Positions 29,709 through 38,494 of a stretch of DNA of 64,000 nt are shown here, in pieces (the stretch's first letter is position 1; every line of letters starts with the position of its first letter). The notes beneath the pieces are model-generated. The model ran no database searches and was not told the DNA's origin. It was given only the letters and a program-made list of their open reading frames with translations. Location: contig CALACK010000062.1 in assembly GCA_937890395.1 (NCBI GenBank), positions 1,170 through 65,169 on the forward strand, in the 5' to 3' direction. The position numbers were made by a program, and so were the translations under genes. The stretch comes from an uncultured Acidimicrobiaceae bacterium (lineage in GTDB: Bacteria > Actinomycetota > Acidimicrobiia > Acidimicrobiales > Ilumatobacteraceae).

Positions 29709-29737
29709 TACGACTTGGTTACGACTTGGTTACGACT
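29709..29737. repeat. 11-bp perfect tandem repeat x2.6 (tacgacttggt)
   Basis: Read directly in the relA-hisS spacer, starting 7 nt after the relA stop in the transcription direction. Confidence 0.95.
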
Positions 29738-29743
29738 AATTCT

Positions 29744-31987
29744 CTAGATGACAGTCTCGTCGGCTATCTCTTGGTCTTGTGGACTGCCGGGCATCACTCG
29801 ATTCGCATCGAAGACACCGTCAATCCGCTTTATCATTCTTAAAACTGACTGTAAATGACTTGGGTCGGCAAACTCAAATTCGAAGCGCATCCTGGCAACA
29901 CGATCATTGCCAGTATGCGTGGTGCAAGCGACAATATTTACGTGCTCATCAGAAAGCGCGTTTGCAACATCACGTAATAGACGAGATCGATCTAAAGCAA
30001 CAATCTCAACAGCAGCAATGAACACTGCGCCAGAACTTTCAGATGACCACTCGACTTCAACTAGACGTGCAGAGTCTTGCGTAAAAAGCGATGCTGCATT
30101 GGCACAATCTGCCCGATGCACCGTGACACCGCGACCTTTGGTAACAAAACCCATAATCTCATCACCCGGTACTGGCGTGCAACACCGCGACAATCTAACC
30201 ATCACATCTGGCATACCTTCGATGTGTACGCCATTTCGCTGAGGAGTAGCCGCAAAATTTGAACTTACTGCCGACATTGACAATTGATCTGGCTGAACTC
30301 CGTCACGCATTCTCTTTGACATCCGCTCGACAATCTCTACTGCATCAATTCTTTGATCTCCAATTGCCGCAAAGAAGGCATTGTCATCTTCAAAATTGAG
30401 TAGCACTACTTCATCGATGAGTACTTGCGATTCAAGAACTTTCTTCGCCGGAAGTCCCTTTTGTCTCAGCCGCTCGATCAACTCATCTTTGCCATTCTCA
30501 ACCAAATCCTCGAGACGTTCACGCGATAGCCACTGTTTGATCTTGCTCCGCGCCTTGGGAGAGACAACGAACTCAAGCCAATCTTGCGACGGCTCATTAA
30601 TTTCACCCTGAGAAACCAGAACTTCGCAAGTGTCGCCAGATGTGAGTTTGTAATCAAGCGACACCAGACGACCGTTAACTCTTGCACCCATACAACTGTG
30701 ACCGACTTCAGTATGTACTGCGTAGGCAAAATCAACCGGCGTCGAAAACACAGGAAGCGTTATCACTCGACCTTTTGGCGTAAACACAAAAAGTTCATCT
30801 TGTTCGAGATCTGTCTTTAGATTCTCTAAGAACTGACTCGGGTCGGATACTTCGCCTTGCCAGTCAATAATTCGATTCAGCCAATCAATATCGCCTTGCG
30901 CATTTGAGTCTTTGTAGGCCCAATGTGACGCAACTCCCCATTCGGCTTGTCGATGCATTTCGCGAGTTCGAATTTGTACTTCGATTGGCTTTCCTCCAGG
31001 CCCAACAACCGTTGTGTGCAATGACTGATAGAAATTGAATTTTGGCATTGCAATGTAGTCTTTGAAGCGCCCAACGATTGGCTTCCAGTGGCCGTGGATC
31101 GCACCAAGCACCGCGTAACAATCTTTTTCTGAGTCAACAACAACTCGAATCGCCATCAAGTCATGAATCTCGTCAAATTCTCTACCTTTTTGCACCATCT
31201 TTTCGTAGATGCTCCACAGATGTTTGCCACGTGCAGTTAGGTCTGCATCAATTTTGACTTCAGCCAGCCATTGCTGCACCTGTCCGATTATTTTGGCAAG
31301 ATATCCATTGCGTTCAGGTGCTCGCGTGGCAACGAGTTGGTCAAGCTCGGCATAACGCTTTGGGTAGAGCGCAGCGAAAGCGAGATCTTCAAGTTGTTGT
31401 TTAATCTCTTGCATCCCGAGTCGATGTGCGAGCGGAGCATAAATATCTAGAGTCTCTTGGGCGATGCGTTGTTGTTTCTCATACGGGACTGCTGCAATTG
31501 TGCGCATGTTGTGAAGTCGATCGGCAAGCTTGATCATCAACACACGCAAATCGCGTGCCATCGCCACAAGCATCTTGCGCATCGTGGCTGCCTGCTGTGC
31601 TTCTTTTGAATCAAAATGCAAACGCTCAAGTTTTGTGACACCGTCAACGATCGTTGCGACTTCTACTCCAAAATTTGTTTCAACATCGGCAAGCGTGATC
31701 TCGGTATCTTCAACAGCATCATGCAACAAGGCCGCAACTATTGAAGTCTCATCCAACCCAATATCGGCAACGATACGAGCAACAGCAATTGGGTGATTGA
31801 TATACAACTCTCCGCTCGATCTATTCTGCGAAGCATGAGCCGACCGAGCCATCTCATACGCAGAATTAATCTGCGAAACCGAACCCTTTGGATGTCGCGC
31901 TTTATACGCCGTCAACAGGGGTGAGAGTTCTTCGGCAATCGTTGTATTTTGGCGCCGCCACGGCAGCACTCTTGATGCTGTACCCAT
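29744..31987 (-). CDS. relA: bifunctional (p)ppGpp synthetase/hydrolase Rel
   Basis: 747 aa with an HD hydrolase domain (HPIAVA..LLHDAVEDT), a RelA/SpoT synthetase domain, TGS and a C-terminal ACT-like domain. Confidence 0.96.
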   Translation of the reverse strand: MGTASRVLPWRRQNTTIAEELSPLLTAYKARHPKGSVSQINSAYEMARSAHASQNRSSGELYINHPIAVARIVADIGLDETSIVAALLHDAVEDTEITLADVETNFGVEVATIVDGVTKLERLHFDSKEAQQAATMRKMLVAMARDLRVLMIKLADRLHNMRTIAAVPYEKQQRIAQETLDIYAPLAHRLGMQEIKQQLEDLAFAALYPKRYAELDQLVATRAPERNGYLAKIIGQVQQWLAEVKIDADLTARGKHLWSIYEKMVQKGREFDEIHDLMAIRVVVDSEKDCYAVLGAIHGHWKPIVGRFKDYIAMPKFNFYQSLHTTVVGPGGKPIEVQIRTREMHRQAEWGVASHWAYKDSNAQGDIDWLNRIIDWQGEVSDPSQFLENLKTDLEQDELFVFTPKGRVITLPVFSTPVDFAYAVHTEVGHSCMGARVNGRLVSLDYKLTSGDTCEVLVSQGEINEPSQDWLEFVVSPKARSKIKQWLSRERLEDLVENGKDELIERLRQKGLPAKKVLESQVLIDEVVLLNFEDDNAFFAAIGDQRIDAVEIVERMSKRMRDGVQPDQLSMSAVSSNFAATPQRNGVHIEGMPDVMVRLSRCCTPVPGDEIMGFVTKGRGVTVHRADCANAASLFTQDSARLVEVEWSSESSGAVFIAAVEIVALDRSRLLRDVANALSDEHVNIVACTTHTGNDRVARMRFEFEFADPSHLQSVLRMIKRIDGVFDANRVMPGSPQDQEIADETVI

Positions 31988-32029
31988 AACTTAAGCGTAG
32001 TAGCGACGCAAAAGCTAGACGCTTAACTT
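31988..32029 (-). promoter_or_regulatory. stem-loop filling the secF-relA spacer
   Basis: Arms ttaagcgt (31991-31998) and acgcttaa (32019-32026) pair perfectly (8 bp, 10 of 11 with flanks). An inner 4-bp tagc/gcta helix is also present. The structure ends 3 nt before the relA AUG and starts at the secF stop. No U-tract follows. Confidence 0.6.
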
Positions 32030-33194
32030 AACGTCGTTTCTTGCGAGGTCGAGGCGGATGAGTTAGAAGGCTCGTTGCACGTTGCTCGGCTTGTGCGATC
32101 AATTCTTCGTTAGTGACTAGAGAAGTCTCAGTAGTTGCAGAACTCGAAGATTTAGAAGACTTGGTGACCGCCAAGCGCTTGATGTCGCCATGACCCATCA
32201 ATTCTGACATTGCCGCGCCAACAGCGATCTGTCCTTTTAACGGCTTGTACTTCGGCTCGTTTTGCTTTAATACGTCAAGCAGAGGCACAGCCACAAAAAT
32301 TGACGAATAGGTTCCGGCGATCATGCCAACTAGCAATGCAACTGCAAAATCTTCGAGACTTTTTGCTCCCATTATGAACGAACCCACAACCAAAAGAGAA
32401 ACAACAGGGAGCGCTGAAGCTAAGGTCGTATTTAGCGATCGTGCAAGAACTTCGTTAGTTGAGATGTTGGCAATATTCGAAAACGATTGACGAGAGGCTG
32501 CGAATTTTTTAGCGTTCTCAAGTACTCGGTCGAACACAACAACAGTGTCATAAAGTGAAAAGCCAAGAATTGTTAGAAATGCAACAACCGTTGCCGGAGT
32601 AACTTCAAACCCAAGCAAAGAGTAAACGCCAACACTGATGATTACGTCATGAGCCATAGCGATAATTGCTGTAAGTGCCATCTTCCATTCAAGACGCCAC
32701 GAAATGTATAAGGAAACAATTACAAAAAACACGATCAATGCACGAAGTGCTTTCTCGGTAATACTTCGACCCCAAGAAGAACTCACCGACGCAACGCTCA
32801 CGTCTTCAACAGGCACATTGGCTAACTGAGCATATGATTTTTGCACAGCGAGACGCGTCTGTTCTGTTTGATCGCCAACTTGCACTCTCATTATTTGTAG
32901 TTCGGTACCCGTCAAAAATTGAATTTTCGCATTCGTTGATTCGACATTGTTGGCATCTAACACTGCGCGTGCATTTTTATCAGCGAGTTCGCCTCTTTGG
33001 CCATCAAATGGTACTTCCCATGCCACACCACCACGAAAGTCAATACCGAGCTCAAGACCTTGAATCAGCAGAGATCCTGCACCAGCTACAACAATTAGCA
33101 GCGAAATCGCAAACCCAATAGTTCTGCGCCCAATAAAGTCGAACGTTGTCTCTCCACGATAGAGACGACCTAGACCTGCGAATCTATTTTTCAT
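32028..33194 (-). CDS. secF: protein translocase subunit SecF
   Basis: 388 aa, six-TM SecD/SecF family with GIDFRGG near the N-terminus and a basic C-terminal tail. The secD-secF pair is present. Confidence 0.93.
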   Translation of the reverse strand: MKNRFAGLGRLYRGETTFDFIGRRTIGFAISLLIVVAGAGSLLIQGLELGIDFRGGVAWEVPFDGQRGELADKNARAVLDANNVESTNAKIQFLTGTELQIMRVQVGDQTEQTRLAVQKSYAQLANVPVEDVSVASVSSSWGRSITEKALRALIVFFVIVSLYISWRLEWKMALTAIIAMAHDVIISVGVYSLLGFEVTPATVVAFLTILGFSLYDTVVVFDRVLENAKKFAASRQSFSNIANISTNEVLARSLNTTLASALPVVSLLVVGSFIMGAKSLEDFAVALLVGMIAGTYSSIFVAVPLLDVLKQNEPKYKPLKGQIAVGAAMSELMGHGDIKRLAVTKSSKSSSSATTETSLVTNEELIAQAEQRATSLLTHPPRPRKKRR

Positions 33195-33196
33195 TG

Positions 33197-34774
33197 TTAC
33201 ACCTCTGGCTTTACAGTTTGGATGCCAAGAATTTTCTTGCCTTGAACCCGCTTAGAACGTGCGAATAACAGCACCGCACTTCGAGTAAAGAAATAAGTTA
33301 TGACGAGGTCTGTCAGCGCAGAAATACCAAGAAAGAACGCGAAACCACGCACTGACCCCACGGTCAAAAACCACAAAACCGCAGCGCAGAGAAACGAAAC
33401 CGTGTCGGCTGCAACAATTGTTCGCCATGCTGATTCAAAACTTCGAATAACAGAATTCTTTAGAGTTTTACCAACGCGAATTTCGTCTTTAATTCGCTCA
33501 AAGAAAACAATGTAAGAGTCAACGGCAATTCCAATTGACACGATAATTCCGGCGATTCCTGAGAGCGATAATGCAAGACCATTTGTTCGAGACAGTACCG
33601 AAATCAAACTCCATAAAAGTGCGATAGAAATCGTCATACCCGCAACTACGAATAGTGCCATTAGTCGGTAATACGCAATCAGCAAAATCAGCACAAGTAA
33701 GGTTCCGACAATTCCAGAAATAATTGCCGCACGAAGTGAGTCTGTTCCCAGTGTTGCCGAAACCGTCTGAGCCTGTGAAACAACGAAGCGCACTGGTACG
33801 GCACCAAATTCAAGTATTTTTGCAAGGTCACGAGCTTCGTCGGCGGTAAATGAACCGCTGATTTGCACACTGCCACCCGTGAACTCTGGTTCGTTAACGG
33901 TAGGTGCCGAGATGACCGTTCCGTCTAGAACCATTGCTAACTGCCCAGTCGGACAAAGCTCAGTTCTATTGAAGCAATCAGCTGCCATTTTGTTCCATTG
34001 AACATCTCCATCGGCACCATCTCGCAAACTCACGACAACTGTCCACTCGCCTGTCTGCACATCTGCACGCGCATCATTTTTGAATACTTTTCCTGAAGCG
34101 CCTGCAGGTCCGACCACATAGGCAATGCCTTGCTTATCGAGCAATAAAACTGTTTGAGACGGATCGTTTGGATCTTCACCGAGTTCAACTTTCGGCTCAG
34201 CCGCATCATCTGCTGGTGCAACAGTTGCTGAATCTAAAACTGGAACCGTCGTTGACGCACTAACGGGAACAGTAGTACTAGTTGCCGCAGAAGTATTGAT
34301 ATGTCGCGAACTACCTGGGCCACCAGCAACTGGAACGGTGTCGGTAACTGCCGGTTGTTTGGTGTCTTGTGTCGAGTCTTGTGTTGTATCACCGGCAATT
34401 GTCGTTGAAGGATTTTCGTTAAGCATCCCAGTTTGCAATACCGGGCGTAACAAAAGTTCTCCAGTTCTACCAATAATGTCTAGAGCTTGTTGTTGATCTT
34501 TAACACCTGGCAAGTTGACGATCACAGTGCCCCCCTGCAAAATGATCTCAGGTTCAGCCACACCGATTGAGTCAACACGTGCACGAATAATTTCTACTGC
34601 TACGTCAAGATTGGCTTTATCAAATGCGCCTTCTGGCTGCAAAGTCACCGATGCTCCACCCTGAAGGTCAAGCCCAAGCGCCGGCTTATTACCAGCAATC
34701 AGATTCGCAGTAAACGAACTGGCGACTATAACTACAAGTAAGACCAGCGAAATTATGTGACGACGTTTATTCAT
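33197..34774 (-). CDS. secD: protein translocase subunit SecD
   Basis: 525 aa with LGLDLQGG near the N-terminus. A low-complexity Thr/Ser/Val-rich periplasmic insert is present, followed by a C-terminal six-TM domain. Confidence 0.93.
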   Translation of the reverse strand: MNKRRHIISLVLLVVIVASSFTANLIAGNKPALGLDLQGGASVTLQPEGAFDKANLDVAVEIIRARVDSIGVAEPEIILQGGTVIVNLPGVKDQQQALDIIGRTGELLLRPVLQTGMLNENPSTTIAGDTTQDSTQDTKQPAVTDTVPVAGGPGSSRHINTSAATSTTVPVSASTTVPVLDSATVAPADDAAEPKVELGEDPNDPSQTVLLLDKQGIAYVVGPAGASGKVFKNDARADVQTGEWTVVVSLRDGADGDVQWNKMAADCFNRTELCPTGQLAMVLDGTVISAPTVNEPEFTGGSVQISGSFTADEARDLAKILEFGAVPVRFVVSQAQTVSATLGTDSLRAAIISGIVGTLLVLILLIAYYRLMALFVVAGMTISIALLWSLISVLSRTNGLALSLSGIAGIIVSIGIAVDSYIVFFERIKDEIRVGKTLKNSVIRSFESAWRTIVAADTVSFLCAAVLWFLTVGSVRGFAFFLGISALTDLVITYFFTRSAVLLFARSKRVQGKKILGIQTVKPEV

Positions 34775-34816
34775 TTGTGTGTTTTATCTTTTCAATTTGC
34801 AAATAACTGATCGAAG

Positions 34817-35227
34817 TTACTTATCAGACTTCTTGTCGGTTTTCTTGTCGGTTTTCTTGTCGGTTTTCTTGTCGGCTGTGTCTTCTTCGGTAGATACAGA
34901 AACCTTGCGAGCGATAGAGCCTTTAGTTACTCGAACTTCAACTTTTTCAGCGATTTCAATCCACAAAAGATCATCTTCGACCGCCGAAACGAAGCCATAA
35001 ATACCTGAGTTCATTATCACTTCATCACCTTCGCCAATGCTTGACTGCAAAGAGGCAGTCTGTTTTTGACGCTTGCGCTGCGGGCGAAGTAGCAAGAAGT
35101 ACATGGCTGCGAATATCAATACCAATGGCAACATACTTAAAATTGGGTTACTTTTTGTGGCCGTTTCGGTCGCTGCTACGAGCACTGAAAGATTCGAAAC
35201 GACTGCTGGTGCGAGAGTAATAGACAT
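34817..35227 (-). CDS. yajC: preprotein translocase subunit YajC with repetitive Lys/Asp-rich tail
   Basis: 136 aa with the YajC core LPLVLIFAAMYFLLLRPQRKRQKQ....GDEVIMNSGIYG. The yajC-secD-secF order is present. The start is uncertain: ATG 35227 or ATG 35134. Confidence 0.82.
   Translation of the reverse strand: MSITLAPAVVSNLSVLVAATETATKSNPILSMLPLVLIFAAMYFLLLRPQRKRQKQTASLQSSIGEGDEVIMNSGIYGFVSAVEDDLLWIEIAEKVEVRVTKGSIARKVSVSTEEDTADKKTDKKTDKKTDKKSDK
34820..34875. repeat. in-frame 12-bp tandem repeat (about 4.7 units) at the 3-prime end of yajC
   Basis: Plus strand cttgtcggtttt x3.7, preceded by a degenerate unit cttatcagactt. It encodes DKKT DKKT DKKT DKKS DK-stop. Confidence 0.92.
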
Positions 35228-35246
35228 AGCGACCGAGTCTAGTGGC

Positions 35247-36365
35247 TTATGGCTTGTCGTTTACAGGGCTAGCCCAAGTGGCTAAAAGCGTCTTACGAAA
35301 GTCGGCAAAATTGCCTTGCTCTATGGACGTTCGCATTTGTGACATCAAGTTAAGTGTGAAAGCAACATTGTGTAGAGAAACAAGTCGAGCAGCGGTCGGC
35401 TCATTAACTTGAAATAAATGACGAATATAACCACGAGTGTGTCTTGCACAAACCGAACACGAACACGCCGAATCAATCGGGTCTTGACTAGTTATGAACT
35501 CTGAACGAGTGATATTTAATTTGCCGGTAGATGTCAACGCAGTACCGTGTCGACCAATTCTTGTTTGCATTACGCAATCAAATTGATCAACCCCGAGATT
35601 GACCGCCTCTACTAACGAAGCCGGGTCGCCTACTCCCATCAAATATCTTGGTCGATTTTTTGGAAGATGCTCAATTGCAGCTGCTAGCGCCACCAACATT
35701 TCTTCGCGGGTCTCACCAACTGACAATCCACCGATCCCATAGCCATCGAAATTGAGATCAGTGGTTATTTTTGCACTCTCGCGGCGCAGCACTGGGTCAA
35801 CTCCGCCTTGGACTATGCCAAACAAACTTTGATCTGCTCGCGTGTGACTATCGCGTGCTTGCTTGGCCCACTGCGATGTTCGCTTGAGAGCGAGACGAAT
35901 AACCTCATCTGATGACGGCAGTGGCGCGCAAACATCTAGCACCATCTGAATGTCGGCGCCGAGCAACTCTTGAGTTTTTACTGCCGACTGCGGAGTGAAC
36001 CGATGCATCGAGCCGTCGTAGGTTGAACGAAAAGAGACACCCTGATCATCGACATCTGGGTTGAGCGAAAATACTTGAAACCCGCCTGAGTCTGTGAGGG
36101 TTAAGCCTTTCCATCCAGCGAACTTACCAAGCCCACCGAGGTCAGAAACAACTTGTGCGCCTGGTCGCAACATCAAGTGATATGTATTGCCAAGCACAAT
36201 TCGTGCTCCGAGTTCTTCATAATCTTGGGCACTCAAATGTCGAATTGCACCGCGCGTTCCAACGGGCATGAAACATGGAGTCTCATAATCGCCGCGATGA
36301 GTTGTAGCCACACCAGTGCGAGCATCACCCTGACGGGCAGTTTCTTTAAATTCAACAGCGAACAT
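35247..36365 (-). CDS. tgt: queuine tRNA-ribosyltransferase
   Basis: 372 aa with GIGGLSVGE and zinc site CSCSVCARHTRGYIRHL. GAGG lies 4 nt upstream of the ATG. Confidence 0.95.
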   Translation of the reverse strand: MFAVEFKETARQGDARTGVATTHRGDYETPCFMPVGTRGAIRHLSAQDYEELGARIVLGNTYHLMLRPGAQVVSDLGGLGKFAGWKGLTLTDSGGFQVFSLNPDVDDQGVSFRSTYDGSMHRFTPQSAVKTQELLGADIQMVLDVCAPLPSSDEVIRLALKRTSQWAKQARDSHTRADQSLFGIVQGGVDPVLRRESAKITTDLNFDGYGIGGLSVGETREEMLVALAAAIEHLPKNRPRYLMGVGDPASLVEAVNLGVDQFDCVMQTRIGRHGTALTSTGKLNITRSEFITSQDPIDSACSCSVCARHTRGYIRHLFQVNEPTAARLVSLHNVAFTLNLMSQMRTSIEQGNFADFRKTLLATWASPVNDKP

Positions 36366-36380
36366 TGCGCCTCACGGTAT

Positions 36381-36448
36381 CTAGCTGTCTAGTAGATGCA
36401 GTCAGTAAATGCAGTTAGTAAACGTATTTAGTAGATAGTGCCAGCTAG
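36381..36448. repeat. four 13-bp tandem repeats bracketed by a 7-bp inverted repeat (queA-tgt spacer)
   Basis: The units are agtagatgcagtc / agtaaatgcagtt / agtaaacgtattt / agtagatagtgcc (36391-36442). They are flanked by ctagctg (36381-36387) and cagctag (36442-36448). Confidence 0.85.
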
Positions 36449-37462
36449 CTATAGCGAGCGGTCAAGCAACATCGCATCACCAAAAGACAGCATTCGATAT
36501 TTCTCTTGAATGGCAACTTCGTATAGCGACTTCCAACGCGAGCCAATGAACGCGTCGACAAGCATCAACAAAGTTGTACGAGGCATGTGAAAATTAGTAA
36601 GTAATAAATCAACAATTTTGAATTCGTAGCCCTGTGAAATAAACATATTTGTTCTGCCAGTTAGAACACCTGTAGTTGCTGCCGACTCAAGTGCTCGTGT
36701 GGCAGTTGTGCCAACTGCGATAACACGTTTAGCCAATCGACATTGCCCAAGAATTTCAGCGCCAACGCGATAACTTTCAGTGTGCATTGGATGATCGCGT
36801 GGATCACTATGGGTTACTGGCGCAAAAGTGTCTAAGCCAACAGTTAAATCAACTGTCAATATTTTGACGCCTTTATTGCGCAGAGCTTCTAACAAAATTT
36901 CAGTGAAATGTAATCCTGCTGTAGGCGCCGCTGCAGATGCTGGGCGGTTTGCATAAATAGTTTGATAACGCTCAGCGTGCGACAGCTTGGTCGTTATATA
37001 TGGCGGCAAAGGCATCTCGCCATATTTGCTAAGCAAATCTTCGACAGATTCACCGCTTAGCAACAAGCTCACCGAAAAAGTATCACCACTTGCGGTACGT
37101 TCACCAATGCGCACTATCGCGGAGCCATCACCTGCATACAAAATTTCACCAAATTTTAATCGCTTGGCTGGACGAATTAATGCTTCCCAAATTTGTTGGT
37201 TTGCATCACGGTGCTCAAGCAACAACACTTCAGCAGCACCACCCGATTGACGCAACAGCCGAAGTCTTGCCGGAATCACCTTCGTATCATTTACAACAAG
37301 AACATCACCTTCGCCACAAAACTCAAGAAAGTCACTTACATGTTTATGGCTTGGGTCTCGATCACCATTATCTACTAGTAGTCGCGCTGAATCGCGCGGT
37401 TCGATTGGCGTCTGAGCGATCAGCTCATGGGGTAAGTGATAGTCAAAATCTTCTAGTCGCAC
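36449..37462 (-). CDS. queA: S-adenosylmethionine:tRNA ribosyltransferase-isomerase
   Basis: 337 aa with N-terminal FDYHLPHELIAQ.P, then PLPPYI and TAGLHFT. Confidence 0.95.
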   Translation of the reverse strand: MRLEDFDYHLPHELIAQTPIEPRDSARLLVDNGDRDPSHKHVSDFLEFCGEGDVLVVNDTKVIPARLRLLRQSGGAAEVLLLEHRDANQQIWEALIRPAKRLKFGEILYAGDGSAIVRIGERTASGDTFSVSLLLSGESVEDLLSKYGEMPLPPYITTKLSHAERYQTIYANRPASAAAPTAGLHFTEILLEALRNKGVKILTVDLTVGLDTFAPVTHSDPRDHPMHTESYRVGAEILGQCRLAKRVIAVGTTATRALESAATTGVLTGRTNMFISQGYEFKIVDLLLTNFHMPRTTLLMLVDAFIGSRWKSLYEVAIQEKYRMLSFGDAMLLDRSL

Positions 37463-37474
37463 AAGAGATAAATT

Positions 37475-38494
37475 TTAGAACAACTCTGGCGGGGATGCTG
37501 GCGGAGTTTCGCCAATATGACGCCATGCCAAAGGCATTGCCACTCGACCTCGTGGCGTTCGCACAAGCAACCCTTGTTGAATCAAAAACGGTTCGTAAAC
37601 ATCTTCAATAGTTTCAGTTTGTTCACTAACAGAAATCGCCAAGGTCGATAGCCCAACTGGCCCACCGCCAAATTGCCGACACAAAGCCGACAAGATCGCT
37701 CGATCAACCTTGTCTAAGCCCAAATCGTCAACACCGAAAACTTCTAGCGCTTGACGTGCACTAACTTCAGTCACCTGGCCGTCACCCCGCACTTCAGCGT
37801 GGTCGCGAACACGCCTCAACAAACGATTGGCTATACGTGGAGTTCCGCGAGATCGCCTAGCAATTTCGTGCGCACCATCTGCATTAATCGGCACTCTTAA
37901 AATCTTCGCCGTGCGCTGCACAATAAGTTCGAGTTCGTCAACTTCATAAAAATCAAGTCGCGCAACGAGACCGAATCGATCGCGAAGTGGACCAGTGATC
38001 ATGCCCGTGCGTGTTGTCGCACCAATAAGAGTGAACCTAGGCAAGGTCAGTCGAATCGAAGACGCTGAAGCACCTTTCCCAACAACGATGTCAATTTGAA
38101 AATCTTCCATCGCCGGATAGAGAATCTCTTCAACCTGGCGCGACAGCCGATGAATTTCATCAATAAACAGGACATCATTGACATCAAGTTTCGTAAGTAT
38201 TGCCGCGAGGTCGCCAGCTCGCTCAAGTGCTGGACCCGACGTAATGTGAATCTTCGCTGACATTTCACTCGCGACAATGCCAGCCATAGTTGTTTTGCCT
38301 AAGCCAGGTGGGCCTGCAAGCAAAATATGATCGGCAGACTGTTCTCGCTTGCGCGCGGCCTCAAGAACAATCCCGAGATGTTCTTTAAGTTCTCGTTGCC
38401 CAACAAAATCGTTTAAAGATTTAGGTCTAAGGCCAATATCGTCATGATCGGCAGGATCTGTGGTCAGAGCCGGATCTGTGAATTCTTCACGCAC
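37475..38494 (-). CDS. ruvB: Holliday junction branch migration ATPase RuvB
   Basis: 339 aa with Walker [19 protein letters not shown] and [15 protein letters not shown]. Confidence 0.97.
   Translation of the reverse strand: MREEFTDPALTTDPADHDDIGLRPKSLNDFVGQRELKEHLGIVLEAARKREQSADHILLAGPPGLGKTTMAGIVASEMSAKIHITSGPALERAGDLAAILTKLDVNDVLFIDEIHRLSRQVEEILYPAMEDFQIDIVVGKGASASSIRLTLPRFTLIGATTRTGMITGPLRDRFGLVARLDFYEVDELELIVQRTAKILRVPINADGAHEIARRSRGTPRIANRLLRRVRDHAEVRGDGQVTEVSARQALEVFGVDDLGLDKVDRAILSALCRQFGGGPVGLSTLAISVSEQTETIEDVYEPFLIQQGLLVRTPRGRVAMPLAWRHIGETPPASPPELF

Noticed and set aside
36381-36448. Whether the tandem arrays here, and at 29683-29737 and 48933-48984, could be a miniature CRISPR array.
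   Set aside because: The units are 10-13 bp and directly abutting with no unique spacers. There is no leader and no cas genes anywhere in the window. They are simple tandem repeats.
35247-37462. tgt-queA as a possible horizontally acquired novelty, since many well-known actinobacteria lack queuosine genes.
   Set aside because: The order ruvAB-queA-tgt-yajC-secDF is the ancestral bacterial arrangement (Bacillus ruvAB-queA-tgt-yajC; E. coli queA-tgt-yajC-secDF). Retention is more parsimonious than acquisition. Composition and codon style look like the neighbours.
37090-37611. A 173-aa plus-strand ORF spanning the queA/ruvB junction. Similar long antisense ORFs include 56511-57041 (176 aa), 19913-20362 (149 aa), 5977-6399 (140 aa) and 58105-58518 (137 aa).
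   Set aside because: All lie entirely antisense to genes with unmistakable family signatures. Their translations are low-complexity (Ser/Arg/Pro/Ala-rich) with no motifs. None has an SD or promoter-like context. They are most simply shadow ORFs in the stop-depleted antisense frame of highly expressed genes.
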